64,000 nucleotides of DNA from Phycisphaerae bacterium (GCA_963666835.2 CAXXGO010000001.1:1088001-1152000), one strand, 5' to 3'. Positions 49,228 to 59,946 are shown, counted from the stretch's first letter. Numbers and translations: made by a program. Notes: generated by a model from the sequence alone, not told the origin.

Positions 49228-49848
49228 CTAGTCTTCGATCGGGGTGATCTTGCCGGCGTTCTCCAGGAGCTCACAGAGAGCCACGGCCGCCTCTTGCGGC
49301 GACATCTTGGCGGCGTCGATTACCAGCTCCGGCTTCTCCGGAGCCTCGTAGGGGTCATCGATTCCGGTGAATCCTCTGATCTCGCCAGCCCGGGCCTTCT
49401 TGTACAGTCCTTTTGGATCCCGCTGCTCGCACACCTCCAACGGAGCGTCGCAGAAGACTTCAAAGAAGCTGTCAACTCCTACGGTCTCACGGGCGGCGTT
49501 GCGATCGGCAAGATACGGACTGATGAACGACGTGATCGTGATCAACCCGGCGTCGACGAACAGCTTGCCCACCTCCGCGATGCGGCGGATGTTCTCTTCG
49601 CGATCCTCGGCGCTGAAACCCAGGTTCTTGTTGAGCCCGTGGCGAATGTTGTCGCCATCCAGCACGTAACAGAGATGCCCGCGCTGAACCAGGGCATGCT
49701 CCAGGGTGAAGGCGATCGTGCTCTTGCCCGAGCCACTCAATCCGGTCAACCAGATCAGAGCCCCCTTCTGCTTAAGTAGCGTCTCGCGTTCCTCACGATT
49801 AACGTGGCCCTCATGCCAGGTGATGTTGGTGGCTTTGATCTTCGTCAC
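49228..49848 (-). CDS. cysC: Adenylyl-sulfate kinase
   Basis: WLTGLSGSGKST, LDGDNIRHGL, RENIRR, RDPKGLY, FTGIDDPYE. Confidence 0.97.
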   Translation of the reverse strand: MTKIKATNITWHEGHVNREERETLLKQKGALIWLTGLSGSGKSTIAFTLEHALVQRGHLCYVLDGDNIRHGLNKNLGFSAEDREENIRRIAEVGKLFVDAGLITITSFISPYLADRNAARETVGVDSFFEVFCDAPLEVCEQRDPKGLYKKARAGEIRGFTGIDDPYEAPEKPELVIDAAKMSPQEAAVALCELLENAGKITPIED

Positions 49849-50000
49849 AGATACGTCCTTCTCTTAGCGACCAGGCAAACTCGTCCGCAAACTCGACCGG
49901 CAGTATAGAACCCGCCTCCCGCGCTCTCAAGCAAGCCGGACTCCCGCAGCAACAGAGTGTCTGCAACAGGATGTTCGCGTAGTTTGGGTCCGGTCGCCCC

Positions 50001-50141
50001 GCAACACAGCCTTCCAGCCTGCCGTCCCCGCGCCAAGCGAGAAGGGCCGTAACGCAGGCTTCCAGCCTGCCTCCCTGATCAAACAGAAGGGCAACGTAAG
50101 CCGCGAACACCCCGTAACGCAGGCTTCCAGCCTGCCTCCCT
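50001..50141. repeat. REP-like palindromic repeats
   Basis: CCGTAACGCAGGCTTCCAGCCTGCCTCCCT identical at 50047-50076 and 50112-50141; degenerate copy at 50001. Confidence 0.8.
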
Positions 50142-50601
50142 ACGCCAAGCGAGAAAGCGACGCGTCTCGCGGCCTCGTACCTCAAGCAGCTAAGGCCCAT
50201 TGTTGCACTTTAGCGTCAATATCCGCAGTTTTACAGGATTCCCTCTTGACTTTGCTCAAAGTGGGGGGTATGGCTAAATATCGGACCCGCCATGCCTGTG
50301 CCGCGGCGAATCCGAAGGAGGCAGAGGTTTCGCGCGCGGATGGCGGGACTTTGCTTTCGCCGGTCATCGTCCGGCGCGGCGAGGGTCGCTGCAGGTCTGG
50401 CGTGATGGAGGCGCGGGCCGGGCAGACCATTGATCGGCTCAAGGCGGATTGCCGATCTGCCGCGCCAGTGGCAGTTAGGAGGAATGCTCCCACGCTTACA
50501 GGAGCAGACTTTCTCAGGTCTCTTCTTGCGGCCTGACGTATGAAGCGAGCGGTAACGGAGGTTAAGCGGTTCGATCACTCTCATACAGGGAGGTTTGTGC
50601 G

Positions 50602-51195
50602 ATGAAATGGACTTCGCGGCTTGCGATCGTTGCGGTCTTGTTCTCTCTCGGTGAAGCCGACGCCGGGCCGGTGCTTTTGGCAACCGCATCCGGCGAACAG
50701 ACGTTGCCCCTGCCTTCGTTTGTGGATTCGGTTACAACTACAAGCTACCTGCGTTATCAGCGCGAAGCCGGCGTTGGCTTCGATCTGTTCGACGACGAAC
50801 CGGTTCTTGTCCGGCGAGACGATCCTCCATGGACCGTCTATGATTCCGTCGGATCGTCGCTCGACGATCCCGATTTCGACGTATATGCCGAGTTCTTGAC
50901 TGACGGCGTATATGAACTGCTGTTCTTCTTCAGTCCCGAACTGGGAGCCATAAATGGGGGGTTTGAGGAGGAGTTTCTTCAAGTGCATGTTGCTCCCTTC
51001 TCACATGTCGATCTGGTTGGTTACCGGATTGACCGGATCGACCAATGTGTAACTTATGACGTGACAGATATTGGATTGCACGTTGACGGACGTTTTGAGT
51101 TCTACGGGTCAGTGATACCCTGCCCACCGACGCTGCTGTTGTTGGCGGTCGGCTCGTTTACGTTGGTTCGGCGTGTTCGCCCGACGAAGCACTGA
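50602..51195 (+). CDS. Secreted protein with PEP-CTERM-like sorting tail
   Basis: GGGAGG RBS, signal peptide, C-terminus VIPCPPTLLLLAVGSFTLVRRVR. Confidence 0.7.
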   Translation: MKWTSRLAIVAVLFSLGEADAGPVLLATASGEQTLPLPSFVDSVTTTSYLRYQREAGVGFDLFDDEPVLVRRDDPPWTVYDSVGSSLDDPDFDVYAEFLTDGVYELLFFFSPELGAINGGFEEEFLQVHVAPFSHVDLVGYRIDRIDQCVTYDVTDIGLHVDGRFEFYGSVIPCPPTLLLLAVGSFTLVRRVRPTKH

Positions 51196-51233
51196 ACGTA
51201 TGTGGGACGTTCCCGAACAGATTATCTGAGGAG

Positions 51234-52958
51234 TTGCCCCTGATGAGGAATGCGATTTGTCTTGCGTGCTGCGGATTAACGTTGTGCAGCACATCGTATC
51301 TAATGGCCGACCAGCGATCTGCAAGCGTGTACTCGCCGCTTTGGCGCGGCGTGAGTGACTGTTATCATTGCGACGCGTCCGGGACCACGTCGGCAGTGGT
51401 TACGGTTCCGCAGACGGGTGCGCTCAGCCCCGCTGCCGGAGATGTAACAATAGGCGTGCGAGTGTATGCGGATCTCAGAGGTTCATCGGGATACGTTTGG
51501 ATTAAGGTCGGGGACACGTGGCTCACACCAAGTACTCCCGGTGTTGTATCCGGTGTGCCGACCGGCGGGAATTTCTTTCAGACGGACGGTTCCAACAGAT
51601 GTTATTGCTGCGAAGGATCGAATGTGGCGTCCATCGTTGTGACCGGTGCATTCTTCAACGCACAGTTGAATGCTGACGACAAACTGGTCGTCACGATAGC
51701 GATAGCGCCAGGGTCAACCGATGTACCGTGCGTTGCAGAAGCCTGCGGCTGCACGAGCAACATCGATACGGGATATCAGACAGTTACGGTGATTTGGACA
51801 CCCGGTGGCTGCCAAACAAGCGCCGACTGCGACGATGGATTGTACTGCACCGTCGATACGTGTAACACGGGAACTGGGGAGTGCTCGCACTCATCCAGGA
51901 ACTGTAGTGACGGGAATTCGTGTACTAACGACTCGTGCAATGAGGGTCTGAACCGGTGTGACCACACAAACAACAACAACCCGTGCAGTGACGGGCTCTT
52001 CTGTAACGGGAACGACCATTGTGCGGGTGGATCGTGCAGTGCTCATGACGGCGACCCGTGCGCCGGGCAGGAATGCTGCGAGGCAACGAACACCTGCGCC
52101 GAGTGTTGTGACGACGCCTTCTGCGACGACGGCGATCCGTGTACAGGTTCGGATTCCTGTGTATCGGGAATGTGTCAGAGCGAGTTCGGGGACTGCAACG
52201 ATAATAGTATTGGTGATGCATGTGACGTGATGGATTGGGATGTGGATGCCGACGTGGATCTTCGTGACGCGGCGGCCTTTCAGAGCTGCTTCGGACAAGA
52301 CGTCCCGGCCTGCCGGGCAGCGTTCGACCTTGCGTTACTTTGCGGGCCAACTGACCTTGACGACTATTCACTCCTCAGCGATCAACTCGCGGGGCCTTCG
52401 GGGTTTGCGATGGCGATGATGGGAGGGGAGAGTGCCGAATCGTTGTTCACCCTGCCTGACCAAGACGCCTCGGGTGGGGCCGATGAACCCGATGACTGGA
52501 CGGTTACTGATGCAGCGGTGGCATTCGAAGTACGGCCGCTTGGCGGCCGCAATCCGGTCACCGTGCTGGCACCGAATACGAGGTATGAGGTTTGGTACCA
52601 GGCCGACTACTCCGATGTGCAGTATTACATGCTTGCCGTTTTGAGTGCGTCGACTGCTAGCGGATTCACCACTGCGGAACCCGCCTCGGACGGCGACTGG
52701 GCCGGCACGGGCGATTTCATGTGGATTGACCTGACCGGCGATCCCGGCGGGCTATTGCCTGCGATCGGCTATCCGGAAGGCTACGTTATGCTCGGGCTCG
52801 TCGGGGATACGGGTGCGGCTGGTCGCGAAGGGCAGCTATTCCGTTTCACAACAGGTCCGGCGGGTGAGCTGACGTTCGATCTGAAGATGGGACGGATCAA
52901 TGAGCAGCAGAGGTCGGCGGTGAACATGGAGGGCCAGGCCCGCTTCAGTGTGGAGTAG
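51234..52958 (+). CDS. Secreted Cys-rich repeat protein with dockerin-like motif
   Basis: Signal peptide; CDDGxxCTxDxC repeats; DWDVDADVDLRDAAAFQSCF. Confidence 0.8.
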   Translation: MPLMRNAICLACCGLTLCSTSYLMADQRSASVYSPLWRGVSDCYHCDASGTTSAVVTVPQTGALSPAAGDVTIGVRVYADLRGSSGYVWIKVGDTWLTPSTPGVVSGVPTGGNFFQTDGSNRCYCCEGSNVASIVVTGAFFNAQLNADDKLVVTIAIAPGSTDVPCVAEACGCTSNIDTGYQTVTVIWTPGGCQTSADCDDGLYCTVDTCNTGTGECSHSSRNCSDGNSCTNDSCNEGLNRCDHTNNNNPCSDGLFCNGNDHCAGGSCSAHDGDPCAGQECCEATNTCAECCDDAFCDDGDPCTGSDSCVSGMCQSEFGDCNDNSIGDACDVMDWDVDADVDLRDAAAFQSCFGQDVPACRAAFDLALLCGPTDLDDYSLLSDQLAGPSGFAMAMMGGESAESLFTLPDQDASGGADEPDDWTVTDAAVAFEVRPLGGRNPVTVLAPNTRYEVWYQADYSDVQYYMLAVLSASTASGFTTAEPASDGDWAGTGDFMWIDLTGDPGGLLPAIGYPEGYVMLGLVGDTGAAGREGQLFRFTTGPAGELTFDLKMGRINEQQRSAVNMEGQARFSVE

Positions 52959-53067
52959 TACGCGCCATCGGCGTTGTGGCGAGTTCTCCCGCGTACCACC
53001 GCTCTCGAGCAGTGCAGAGCCGGGACACGGTGTGGATGGAGCCCGATCCCCTACGTGTGAGGGAGCG

Positions 53068-54012
53068 TTACGCTGATTGCCGTTCGCCGTCGGCGTCTTT
53101 GGCGGGGCGGTTGTCCGGCTTCTTCGTTCGGTGACCGAAACAACGGCGATACAAATCCTCGATCGGACCGCTCAAGCCGTACCACACCACCAACACCACC
53201 AGCGTCGGGGCCTTGTAAGACCAGAATATGACGAACAACAGCAGGATTCCCACAAGCTGGCCGAACGGCCGGCGACCGATGAGGTAAGCACGATAGAAAC
53301 GCCGGTAGGGGATTCCGGAGACCATCAGAAACGCCGCAATCAGAGCCACTATCGGAATCGCGTAGGCGATCATCTGCCGACCTGCGTCGCCGAACTGCTC
53401 TCGGACGATGACGAAGGCCACAACAATGGCGGCCGCGCCCGGGCTCGGCAGACCGCGGAACATGCGGGGGTCGTAATCGGCCTTGGCGTGCTCGACGTTG
53501 AAACGAGCCAGCCGGATGGCCGTGAACGCTACGTAGATGGCCGCGGCGATCCAGGTGAACCGCCCCAGGGCGTGTTCGCTGAGCGGCGAGGGCACAATCG
53601 AGTCCCCGGCCAGCTCTGTCGTCACAAACGCCACCATCAGCGTGGCCGGGGCGACTCCGCAGGTGACTACGTCGGATAGCGAGTCGAGCTGCCCGCCGAA
53701 GTTAGTAGTGCTGCGCGTTGCCCGGGCGACCAGCCCGTCGAGGCCGTCGAACACCATTCCCAGCAGTACCAGCCCTGCTCCGACGGAAAGGAACGACGGT
53801 AGCACGCGTTCCCAGCCTGCCCCGGTCAAGACCTGGGTTGTGTCCACCCCGGCCCCGAAGTCGTACATGGCGCGCAGGGCGAAGTGGATGGCGGCGAAGC
53901 CGCAAAGCAGGTTGCCGAGCGTCAGCAAGGTGGGGGCGATCGGCAGAGATCTCAGTCGGCGTCGCTTGCGACGTCCGTGAGAAGTGCTCGGTACTTTGCC
54001 AACCACGGCCAT
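53068..54012 (-). CDS. pssA: CDP-diacylglycerol--serine O-phosphatidyltransferase
   Basis: DGLDGLVAR...FGGQLDSLSD, RLARFN, FRGLPSP, LMVS. Downstream of psd. Confidence 0.92.
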   Translation of the reverse strand: MAVVGKVPSTSHGRRKRRRLRSLPIAPTLLTLGNLLCGFAAIHFALRAMYDFGAGVDTTQVLTGAGWERVLPSFLSVGAGLVLLGMVFDGLDGLVARATRSTTNFGGQLDSLSDVVTCGVAPATLMVAFVTTELAGDSIVPSPLSEHALGRFTWIAAAIYVAFTAIRLARFNVEHAKADYDPRMFRGLPSPGAAAIVVAFVIVREQFGDAGRQMIAYAIPIVALIAAFLMVSGIPYRRFYRAYLIGRRPFGQLVGILLLFVIFWSYKAPTLVVLVVWYGLSGPIEDLYRRCFGHRTKKPDNRPAKDADGERQSA

Positions 54013-54149
54013 GGTGTTCCCTTCTGTCCTGGCGGCGAGGTTCAGCGCTTTGTTGCACGCATCGGATCGGGCTCGATCTGCGCCGCGTATCGTTCTTTGC
54101 GCTGCTCTTGTGCAAACGGGCGACGTCCGGCCCGTGGTCGCCTCTTCGT

Positions 54150-54240
54150 TCCACCGCCCCTTCGGGGCTAGTCGATATTAGCGGCCCGTTTACCAGGGGC
54201 TTACGCCCCTGGCTACATACCTATGCCCCTTCGGGGCGGG
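54150..54240. repeat. Composite palindromic element
   Basis: GCCCCTTCGGGGC ... CCAGGGGCTTACGCCCCTGG ... GCCCCTTCGGGGC; overlaps the psd stop codon. Confidence 0.7.
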
Positions 54241-54943
54241 TTTCGGCGTTGTCCGTCGTCGGGGCCGGTTCGTTGACCGGCTGCCGAGCGACAATGGTCA
54301 GGCCCGCCCGGACGGAATCACCGATGCCAACTAATATTTCGGTCCCGGTTTGCCGCGGGATAATCAACTCCGTACGCGAGCCGAATTTGATCATGCCGAA
54401 CCGGGTTCCGATAGGCAGATGCTCGTTGGCTTCCGCGTGGCACACGATTCGCCGCGCGATCTTGCCGGCAACCTGTCGGACCTCGACCGGCCCCGGAATG
54501 GGTGGATCCGGGTCGATCAGCACGGTATTCGACTCATTTCGGAAACCGGACTCCGGATGGCGCGCGTCAAGGAATTCCCCGGCACGGTATGACAGCGATC
54601 GCACCCGCCCCGAGCACGGTGCCCGGTTCGCGTGCACATTGAAGATGCTGAGGAATACGCCGATCCGCGTGGCCGGGCCGCCGATTGACTCGTGGTCATC
54701 CAGTTCCGTGATCTCGGTCACCACGCCGTCGGCCGCGGAGCACAGTTCACCAGCCTCGAAACTGCGCTTGCGAACCGGGTCGCGGAAGAAGGAAATCACC
54801 CAGATCCAGACGATCACGAACGGGATGCCGAGAGGCCAGTACAGCCACCACGCCCCGGCGACGCATGCGCCCAGGATCAGAGTGCTCAGCACGATCTCCC
54901 GTATTCCTTCTTTCGCGATCAACATGGCAGTTGGGCGTATCAT
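54221..54943 (-). CDS. psd: Phosphatidylserine decarboxylase proenzyme
   Basis: FFRDP, SAADG, FLSIFNVHANR, RNE, QVAGKIARRI, IKFGSRT self-cleavage motif. Start may be 54925. Confidence 0.93.
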   Translation of the reverse strand: MIRPTAMLIAKEGIREIVLSTLILGACVAGAWWLYWPLGIPFVIVWIWVISFFRDPVRKRSFEAGELCSAADGVVTEITELDDHESIGGPATRIGVFLSIFNVHANRAPCSGRVRSLSYRAGEFLDARHPESGFRNESNTVLIDPDPPIPGPVEVRQVAGKIARRIVCHAEANEHLPIGTRFGMIKFGSRTELIIPRQTGTEILVGIGDSVRAGLTIVARQPVNEPAPTTDNAETRPEGA

Positions 54944-55114
54944 AGCGATAGCCGCGAATAACGCACGCCCCGACGGCGTTAACCGATCGAGGCGTGCGTC
55001 GCCACGGTCTTGGGGCAGGTCGCGGTGAAAGAGGGTACAGGCACCTCGCCGATGGCGTCCCCTGACACCGTAAGCGGGGATCGGCTGGGAGCCAGTCCCC
55101 TTCTTCAGGGGCCC

Positions 55115-55717
55115 CTAGTCGAAGCGGACCACGATATTCGGGCCTCGCCCACGGTCGCGATGCGGGCGGCGAGCCTTGACGGTTCGGTGCCCACGCGGGC
55201 CGTCGTGGACTCGCAGGATCTCTCGGGGTGCCCAGTGTCCCGGTTTCACCAACACCTCCTCATGCACAACTCTGGTAGTCTCCGCTCGGACACAAACGGG
55301 GCGGTAGACGGTCTCAAAGTAGCCCTCGCGGACCAGCACGCGTTGTTCCTTCCAGACCTTACGGGCGGGCCGCACCACTTCCTCGACCATCTCGAATCCG
55401 ATCAGCCCTCCGAACGCGTCGTATCGCGCCACCCGACGCTTAACGACCCTGGCCGGCTCCATGACTCGAACTCGACGGATCTCGTAGACCGGCTCGTGCC
55501 AGATCCGCTCCTCCCGCTGTTCGAGGACGGCGGGTACTACTATTGTCCTAGCTCTCGTCTCGTAGACCGGCGGCACCCACACGCGCTCGGGTTGGTGCTT
55601 GACCTTCCGAATATGCCCCGCCTCAGCCGGGTTGGGGAGCATCAGCCCCGCTCCACCCACCACGGCCAACCCCAGCAACCACCGGCTCCATCCTGCTTTG
55701 TTCGTTCTGGCGTTCAT
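55115..55717 (-). CDS. Secreted protein with repeated P-[AP]-V-Y-E beta-hairpin-like motifs
   Basis: GGAGG RBS, signal peptide ending AEA; VWVPPVYETR, EPVYEIR, EGYFETV, KPGHW. Confidence 0.75.
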   Translation of the reverse strand: MNARTNKAGWSRWLLGLAVVGGAGLMLPNPAEAGHIRKVKHQPERVWVPPVYETRARTIVVPAVLEQREERIWHEPVYEIRRVRVMEPARVVKRRVARYDAFGGLIGFEMVEEVVRPARKVWKEQRVLVREGYFETVYRPVCVRAETTRVVHEEVLVKPGHWAPREILRVHDGPRGHRTVKARRPHRDRGRGPNIVVRFD

Positions 55718-56028
55718 CGCTGATCCTCCGCTTTGGGTTATCGCACTTCGTATCCCACACGTCGAGATAGTAGACTATTGTAAACTATCTTGGTTAGAGG
55801 AAAAAGTTATTGATGTGTTTTTCTCTTCGAGTTTTGGGAAATGTGATGGGTGCGCGGCAGGATAGCGCGCTGCAATGTGCATGCAAGGTAATATGGACTG
55901 TGTGGCTGCAAGGTCGTCGAGGCGGCTGAGAAGGGCAGACTCTCCGTGCGAACCAGCCCCCGATCCGCGGGTGGCGAATCGGGGGCCGGTGCAGCTGCTG
56001 GCCACGGTTCCGATGGCGGGCCTGTCCT

Positions 56029-59000
56029 TTACGGGCAGGCACTCGGGGCAACGAATGGATACGGATCCCCCTTGAATCCGCCCACGACTCGTTGCACGTC
56101 GGTCATGTTCACGATCGCGTTGGGGGTCTGGCCATCCACGTCAACCCAAACCAGCGGCGGAGCGCTTGGTGAGCCTGAGAACCGTTGGAGAGTCGCCTGG
56201 ACATCATTCATGTTCACGATGCCGTTCGGCGGCCCCCATGAGCCGACGAAGGAGCCGACGCAATCAGCCCAGAACTTGGGAGTCGGCTCCAGAACCGTGG
56301 GAACCGTCAGCCCGGCCGAGTAGTCCGCCTCGTTGCCCGGGTCTCCCGAGATGTCGAGGGCCTGGACGATATAGGTTTGATCCGGCGCGATTCCGCAGTC
56401 CCCGACGTGGATTACAGCGGGTTCGGTGCCCCAATCCGTGTAGTACGCGGTTGCCCCAAGCTGGAAGACGTCTGCCGGTTTCCCGGTTAAATGGGCCTGG
56501 ACCCACCATTGCGAGCCGCTGGACACGTGGATCACCCGCAGGGCTACTTGCGAGCCCGCATTGCCCGGCATGAACGAGATATAGCGGTTCTTTCCCGCAG
56601 CACTTGGTTCGGGCTCGGGTGGGTCGGGGATCTCGGTCAGCTCGGCGCTGGTGATCATGAAGGCCATGTCGCTGTATAGCGGTCCGGGCCACGTGGCCGA
56701 GCTCCACGTTCCCGGTGGGACAACCTGTTGGGCTGCCGGGCAGATAATCGGCGGACTCGTTCGGTGCATCTCCTGCCACTTCCACAGGACTGGGTTGTTC
56801 ACATCAACTGACCGGGCCATGATGTCCAGCCAGTAGGTCTCACCCTCGATCTGCTCGAACGGAACGTCTAGGAAGTACTCATACAGGTATATGGCTTCGC
56901 CCAGGTTGTTCACCAGTCCGGTCGGGTATTCGTTGTATTGTCCCGGGGTGAGATCTTCGCCCCATATCTCGACGTCTGGCAGGCACCAGGGCTCGCCGGG
57001 CAGATTCGGATGGATGCTCAGGTGGAAGCCGGCCAGCCCGGATCCCGGATCCTCGTACGCGCCCCACCAGTGGATGTCGGTGACCGCGCCACCCTCACAG
57101 ACCCACTGGTCGGCGGTGATGATCTGCCCCCCGGCGTAATCGTGGGCGTGCAGGCCGGACAGCTCCGTCGACAGCGGTTGGTCCCACTTGATGAACTCGC
57201 AAGCGTCATCGATCCCGTTGCCGTCGTGGTCGCCGTGACATTGCGACCCCGGGCCTCGGGAAGTGCCGCCCAAGCCGGCACAGTCCTCGGCAGGCGTGTC
57301 CACGCAACTACCGTCCGACAGGCAGCAGGCTTCATCGAGCGGAGGGGACACGCAGACGCAGCAGAAATCGATGGTGCCGTCGCCGGCAGGGGTCTGCACT
57401 TCTTCGCAGATCTCGTCCGCAGCGCAATCACCGACACAGGTCGGAGGCTCGGCGACCTCGGTTCTCATCTGGATTGTCGCAGTCGTGGTGCCCATGTAGT
57501 CCGCCAACTGGCTATCCGGGCAACCTTCGAACTCGATCTGATAGGTAATGTCAAAGAAGCTGTCGACGGCGAAGTCGCCGCTCGGCAGTTCCGTGAGGGT
57601 GGTCGTGCCCGCACCGGGCAGGCCGAAGTCCGAACCGCCGAGTACTCGGAAGGTGCAGAAGTCGGGATCGCCGAATAGCTCGCCCTGCAGCCGGTACATA
57701 TCGTTCGCGAAGGTCTGGACCGGATCACCCGGGGTCCTGGGTCCGGTGTGGACCTCGCAGGACACCGGCACGGCCAGGTGGCGGTTGAAGCCTGCCAAGT
57801 CGCCGGTGCCGGTAACGGTCAGATCGAGGGTGGACGCGAAGCAATCGCCGTGACCGCCGAGCGTACCGCCGGCCATCTCGCACTCCCCGGGCGACAGCGG
57901 CAGCGAACACAGCCCGGTGGACCCTTCGCAGATGAAATCCGTGTGAATCGGGTCCAGCTCAATTGTGGTTCCCGGCGGCAGACCTTCGATGATCATGTGG
58001 ACTTCGTCGGGGCTGAGGTAATCGCACCCGATCGGCGGGAGGGTCACCGTTCCGGTCCCGTTGTCTTCTACGACGCACGGATCGGACGGCGGGGTTGTCT
58101 GCAGGGCATGGCAATCCCCGGGTTCCTCGCATTCGCATACGATAACCGTAGAGTCGCCCGTCGCAGGGTCGTAGTTGAGGCACTGGGGTTGGCAGACGTC
58201 GCCCGTGTCCGGGCAGGCAACCGGCTTGCACGCGGATCCATCCGCCATCGGTTCGCACACGTCGGGGGCGCAGTCGCAGCAGATGTCGATTGTGCCGTCG
58301 GGGTTGACCCTCTGAGTTTCCTCGCAGACCTCTCCGGGAAGGCAATCACCGACGCAGGTCGGTGGCTGAGGCAGCTTGGTTCGCATCCGTAGTGTCGCGG
58401 TTGTCGTGCCCGAGTAGTCTGTCAGAACACTGCCCGGGCAACCCTCGAACTCTATCTGATAGGTGATGTCGAAGAAGCTGTCGACGGCAAAATCGCCGGT
58501 CGGCAGTTGCGTGAGCGTGGTCTCACCCGGCCCCGGCAGGCCGAAGTCCGTTCCGCCCAGGACCCGAAACGTACAGAAATCCGGATCGCCGAATAGCTCG
58601 CCCTGCAGGCGGTACATGTCGTTGGCGAAGGTCTGGACCGGATCGCCCGGAGTCCGAGGACCAGTGTGCACCTCGCAAGACACCGGCACGGCGATGTGCC
58701 GGTTGAAGCCCGTCAAATCGCCCGTGCCGGTAACGGTCAGATCCAGCGTCGATTCGAAGCAGTCTCCGTTGCCGCCCAGCGAGCCGCCGGCCGTCTCGCA
58801 TTCACCCGGCAGTAGCGGCATCGAGCACAAGGCAGACGGGGTACTGGGACAGAAGAAGTCCGTGTGAATCGGGTCCAGCTCAATCGTGGTTCCCGGAGGC
58901 AGGCCTTCGATGATCTCGTGGACCTCGTTCGGGCTGATGTAATCGCAGCCGATCGGCGGTAGCGTGATCGTCCCAGTTCCGTTGTCCTCCACGATGCACG

Positions 59001-59946
59001 GATCGGAATCGGCAGGGATGACGGCCCGGCACTCATCCGTCCCGCGGCAGTCACAGTCAATGACGGAAATCTGCCCGGAGTCCGGGTCGTAGTTCATGCA
59101 GACCGATTCGCATACCTCGGTTGCGTCAGGGCATAAGACATCGGCACAGGCGGAACCGTCGGCCAACGGCTCACAATCCTGGAATATCTCGGTTTCCATC
59201 CGGATCGTGGCGGTCGTGGTGCCCATGTAGCCATCCAGCATGCTGCCGGGACAGCCTTCGAACTCGATCTGATATGTGATGTCGAAGAAGCTGTCGACGG
59301 CGAAATCGCCACTGGGCAGCTCTGTCAAAGTGGTTGTGCCGGGACTCGGCAGGCCGAAATCCGTGCCGCCGAGGACTCGGAAGGTGCAGAAGTCCGGATC
59401 GCCGAACAGCTCACCCTGCAGGCGATACATGTCGGCGGCGAACGTCTGAACGGGATCTCCGGGGTTACGCGGGCCGGTGTGGACCTCGCAGCCGACTGGA
59501 ACGGCGAGGTGCCGGTTGAAGCCCGCTAAGTCGCCGGTTCCGGTTACGGTCAGGTCCAAGGTCGATTCGAAGCAATCGCCGTCACCACCGAGGGAACCGC
59601 CGGGCATCTCGCACTGGCCCGGCGGGATCGGCAACGAGCATATACCGCTGGACATCTCGCAGAAGAAGTCCATGTGGATCGGGTCCAACTCGATAGTGCT
59701 TCCTGCAGGCAGACCGTCGATGATAAGATGCACTTCGTCGGGGCTCAAGTACTCACACCCTATCGGCGGTAGAGTCACCGTTCCGGTTCCGTTGTCGGCC
59801 ACCACGCACGGGTCGGCCCCGGCCGGGGTCGCCGCGACCAGCATTGCGAGCAGCAACGTGCCTACTGTTGGCACTGCCCTTGACTTTATTTGAGGGTTGT
59901 CCCCTCCCCACGTTTCCCTGAGAGTAAACACAATTCGCACAGACAT
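56029..59946 (-). CDS. Large secreted protein: three ~215-aa repeats, Cys-rich linkers, C-terminal dockerin-like region
   Basis: AAGGAGG RBS; DPC..DNGTGT.TLPPIGC...FAVDSFFDITYQIEFEGCP three times; KWDQP...TDIHWWG; NGIVNMNDV / NAIVNMTDV. Confidence 0.85.
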   Translation of the reverse strand: MSVRIVFTLRETWGGDNPQIKSRAVPTVGTLLLAMLVAATPAGADPCVVADNGTGTVTLPPIGCEYLSPDEVHLIIDGLPAGSTIELDPIHMDFFCEMSSGICSLPIPPGQCEMPGGSLGGDGDCFESTLDLTVTGTGDLAGFNRHLAVPVGCEVHTGPRNPGDPVQTFAADMYRLQGELFGDPDFCTFRVLGGTDFGLPSPGTTTLTELPSGDFAVDSFFDITYQIEFEGCPGSMLDGYMGTTTATIRMETEIFQDCEPLADGSACADVLCPDATEVCESVCMNYDPDSGQISVIDCDCRGTDECRAVIPADSDPCIVEDNGTGTITLPPIGCDYISPNEVHEIIEGLPPGTTIELDPIHTDFFCPSTPSALCSMPLLPGECETAGGSLGGNGDCFESTLDLTVTGTGDLTGFNRHIAVPVSCEVHTGPRTPGDPVQTFANDMYRLQGELFGDPDFCTFRVLGGTDFGLPGPGETTLTQLPTGDFAVDSFFDITYQIEFEGCPGSVLTDYSGTTTATLRMRTKLPQPPTCVGDCLPGEVCEETQRVNPDGTIDICCDCAPDVCEPMADGSACKPVACPDTGDVCQPQCLNYDPATGDSTVIVCECEEPGDCHALQTTPPSDPCVVEDNGTGTVTLPPIGCDYLSPDEVHMIIEGLPPGTTIELDPIHTDFICEGSTGLCSLPLSPGECEMAGGTLGGHGDCFASTLDLTVTGTGDLAGFNRHLAVPVSCEVHTGPRTPGDPVQTFANDMYRLQGELFGDPDFCTFRVLGGSDFGLPGAGTTTLTELPSGDFAVDSFFDITYQIEFEGCPDSQLADYMGTTTATIQMRTEVAEPPTCVGDCAADEICEEVQTPAGDGTIDFCCVCVSPPLDEACCLSDGSCVDTPAEDCAGLGGTSRGPGSQCHGDHDGNGIDDACEFIKWDQPLSTELSGLHAHDYAGGQIITADQWVCEGGAVTDIHWWGAYEDPGSGLAGFHLSIHPNLPGEPWCLPDVEIWGEDLTPGQYNEYPTGLVNNLGEAIYLYEYFLDVPFEQIEGETYWLDIMARSVDVNNPVLWKWQEMHRTSPPIICPAAQQVVPPGTWSSATWPGPLYSDMAFMITSAELTEIPDPPEPEPSAAGKNRYISFMPGNAGSQVALRVIHVSSGSQWWVQAHLTGKPADVFQLGATAYYTDWGTEPAVIHVGDCGIAPDQTYIVQALDISGDPGNEADYSAGLTVPTVLEPTPKFWADCVGSFVGSWGPPNGIVNMNDVQATLQRFSGSPSAPPLVWVDVDGQTPNAIVNMTDVQRVVGGFKGDPYPFVAPSACP

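Noticed and set aside
50001..50141. Two identical 30-nt repeats separated by 35 nt, CRISPR-like geometry
   Set aside because: Only two exact copies, irregular spacing to the third, repeated flanking sequence (CGCCAAGCGAGAA) and no cas genes. Fits a REP palindrome better.
57480..59820. Long near-identical repeats as a DGR template/variable pair
   Set aside because: All copies are in-frame domains of one ORF, the differences are not adenine-specific, and no reverse transcriptase is present.
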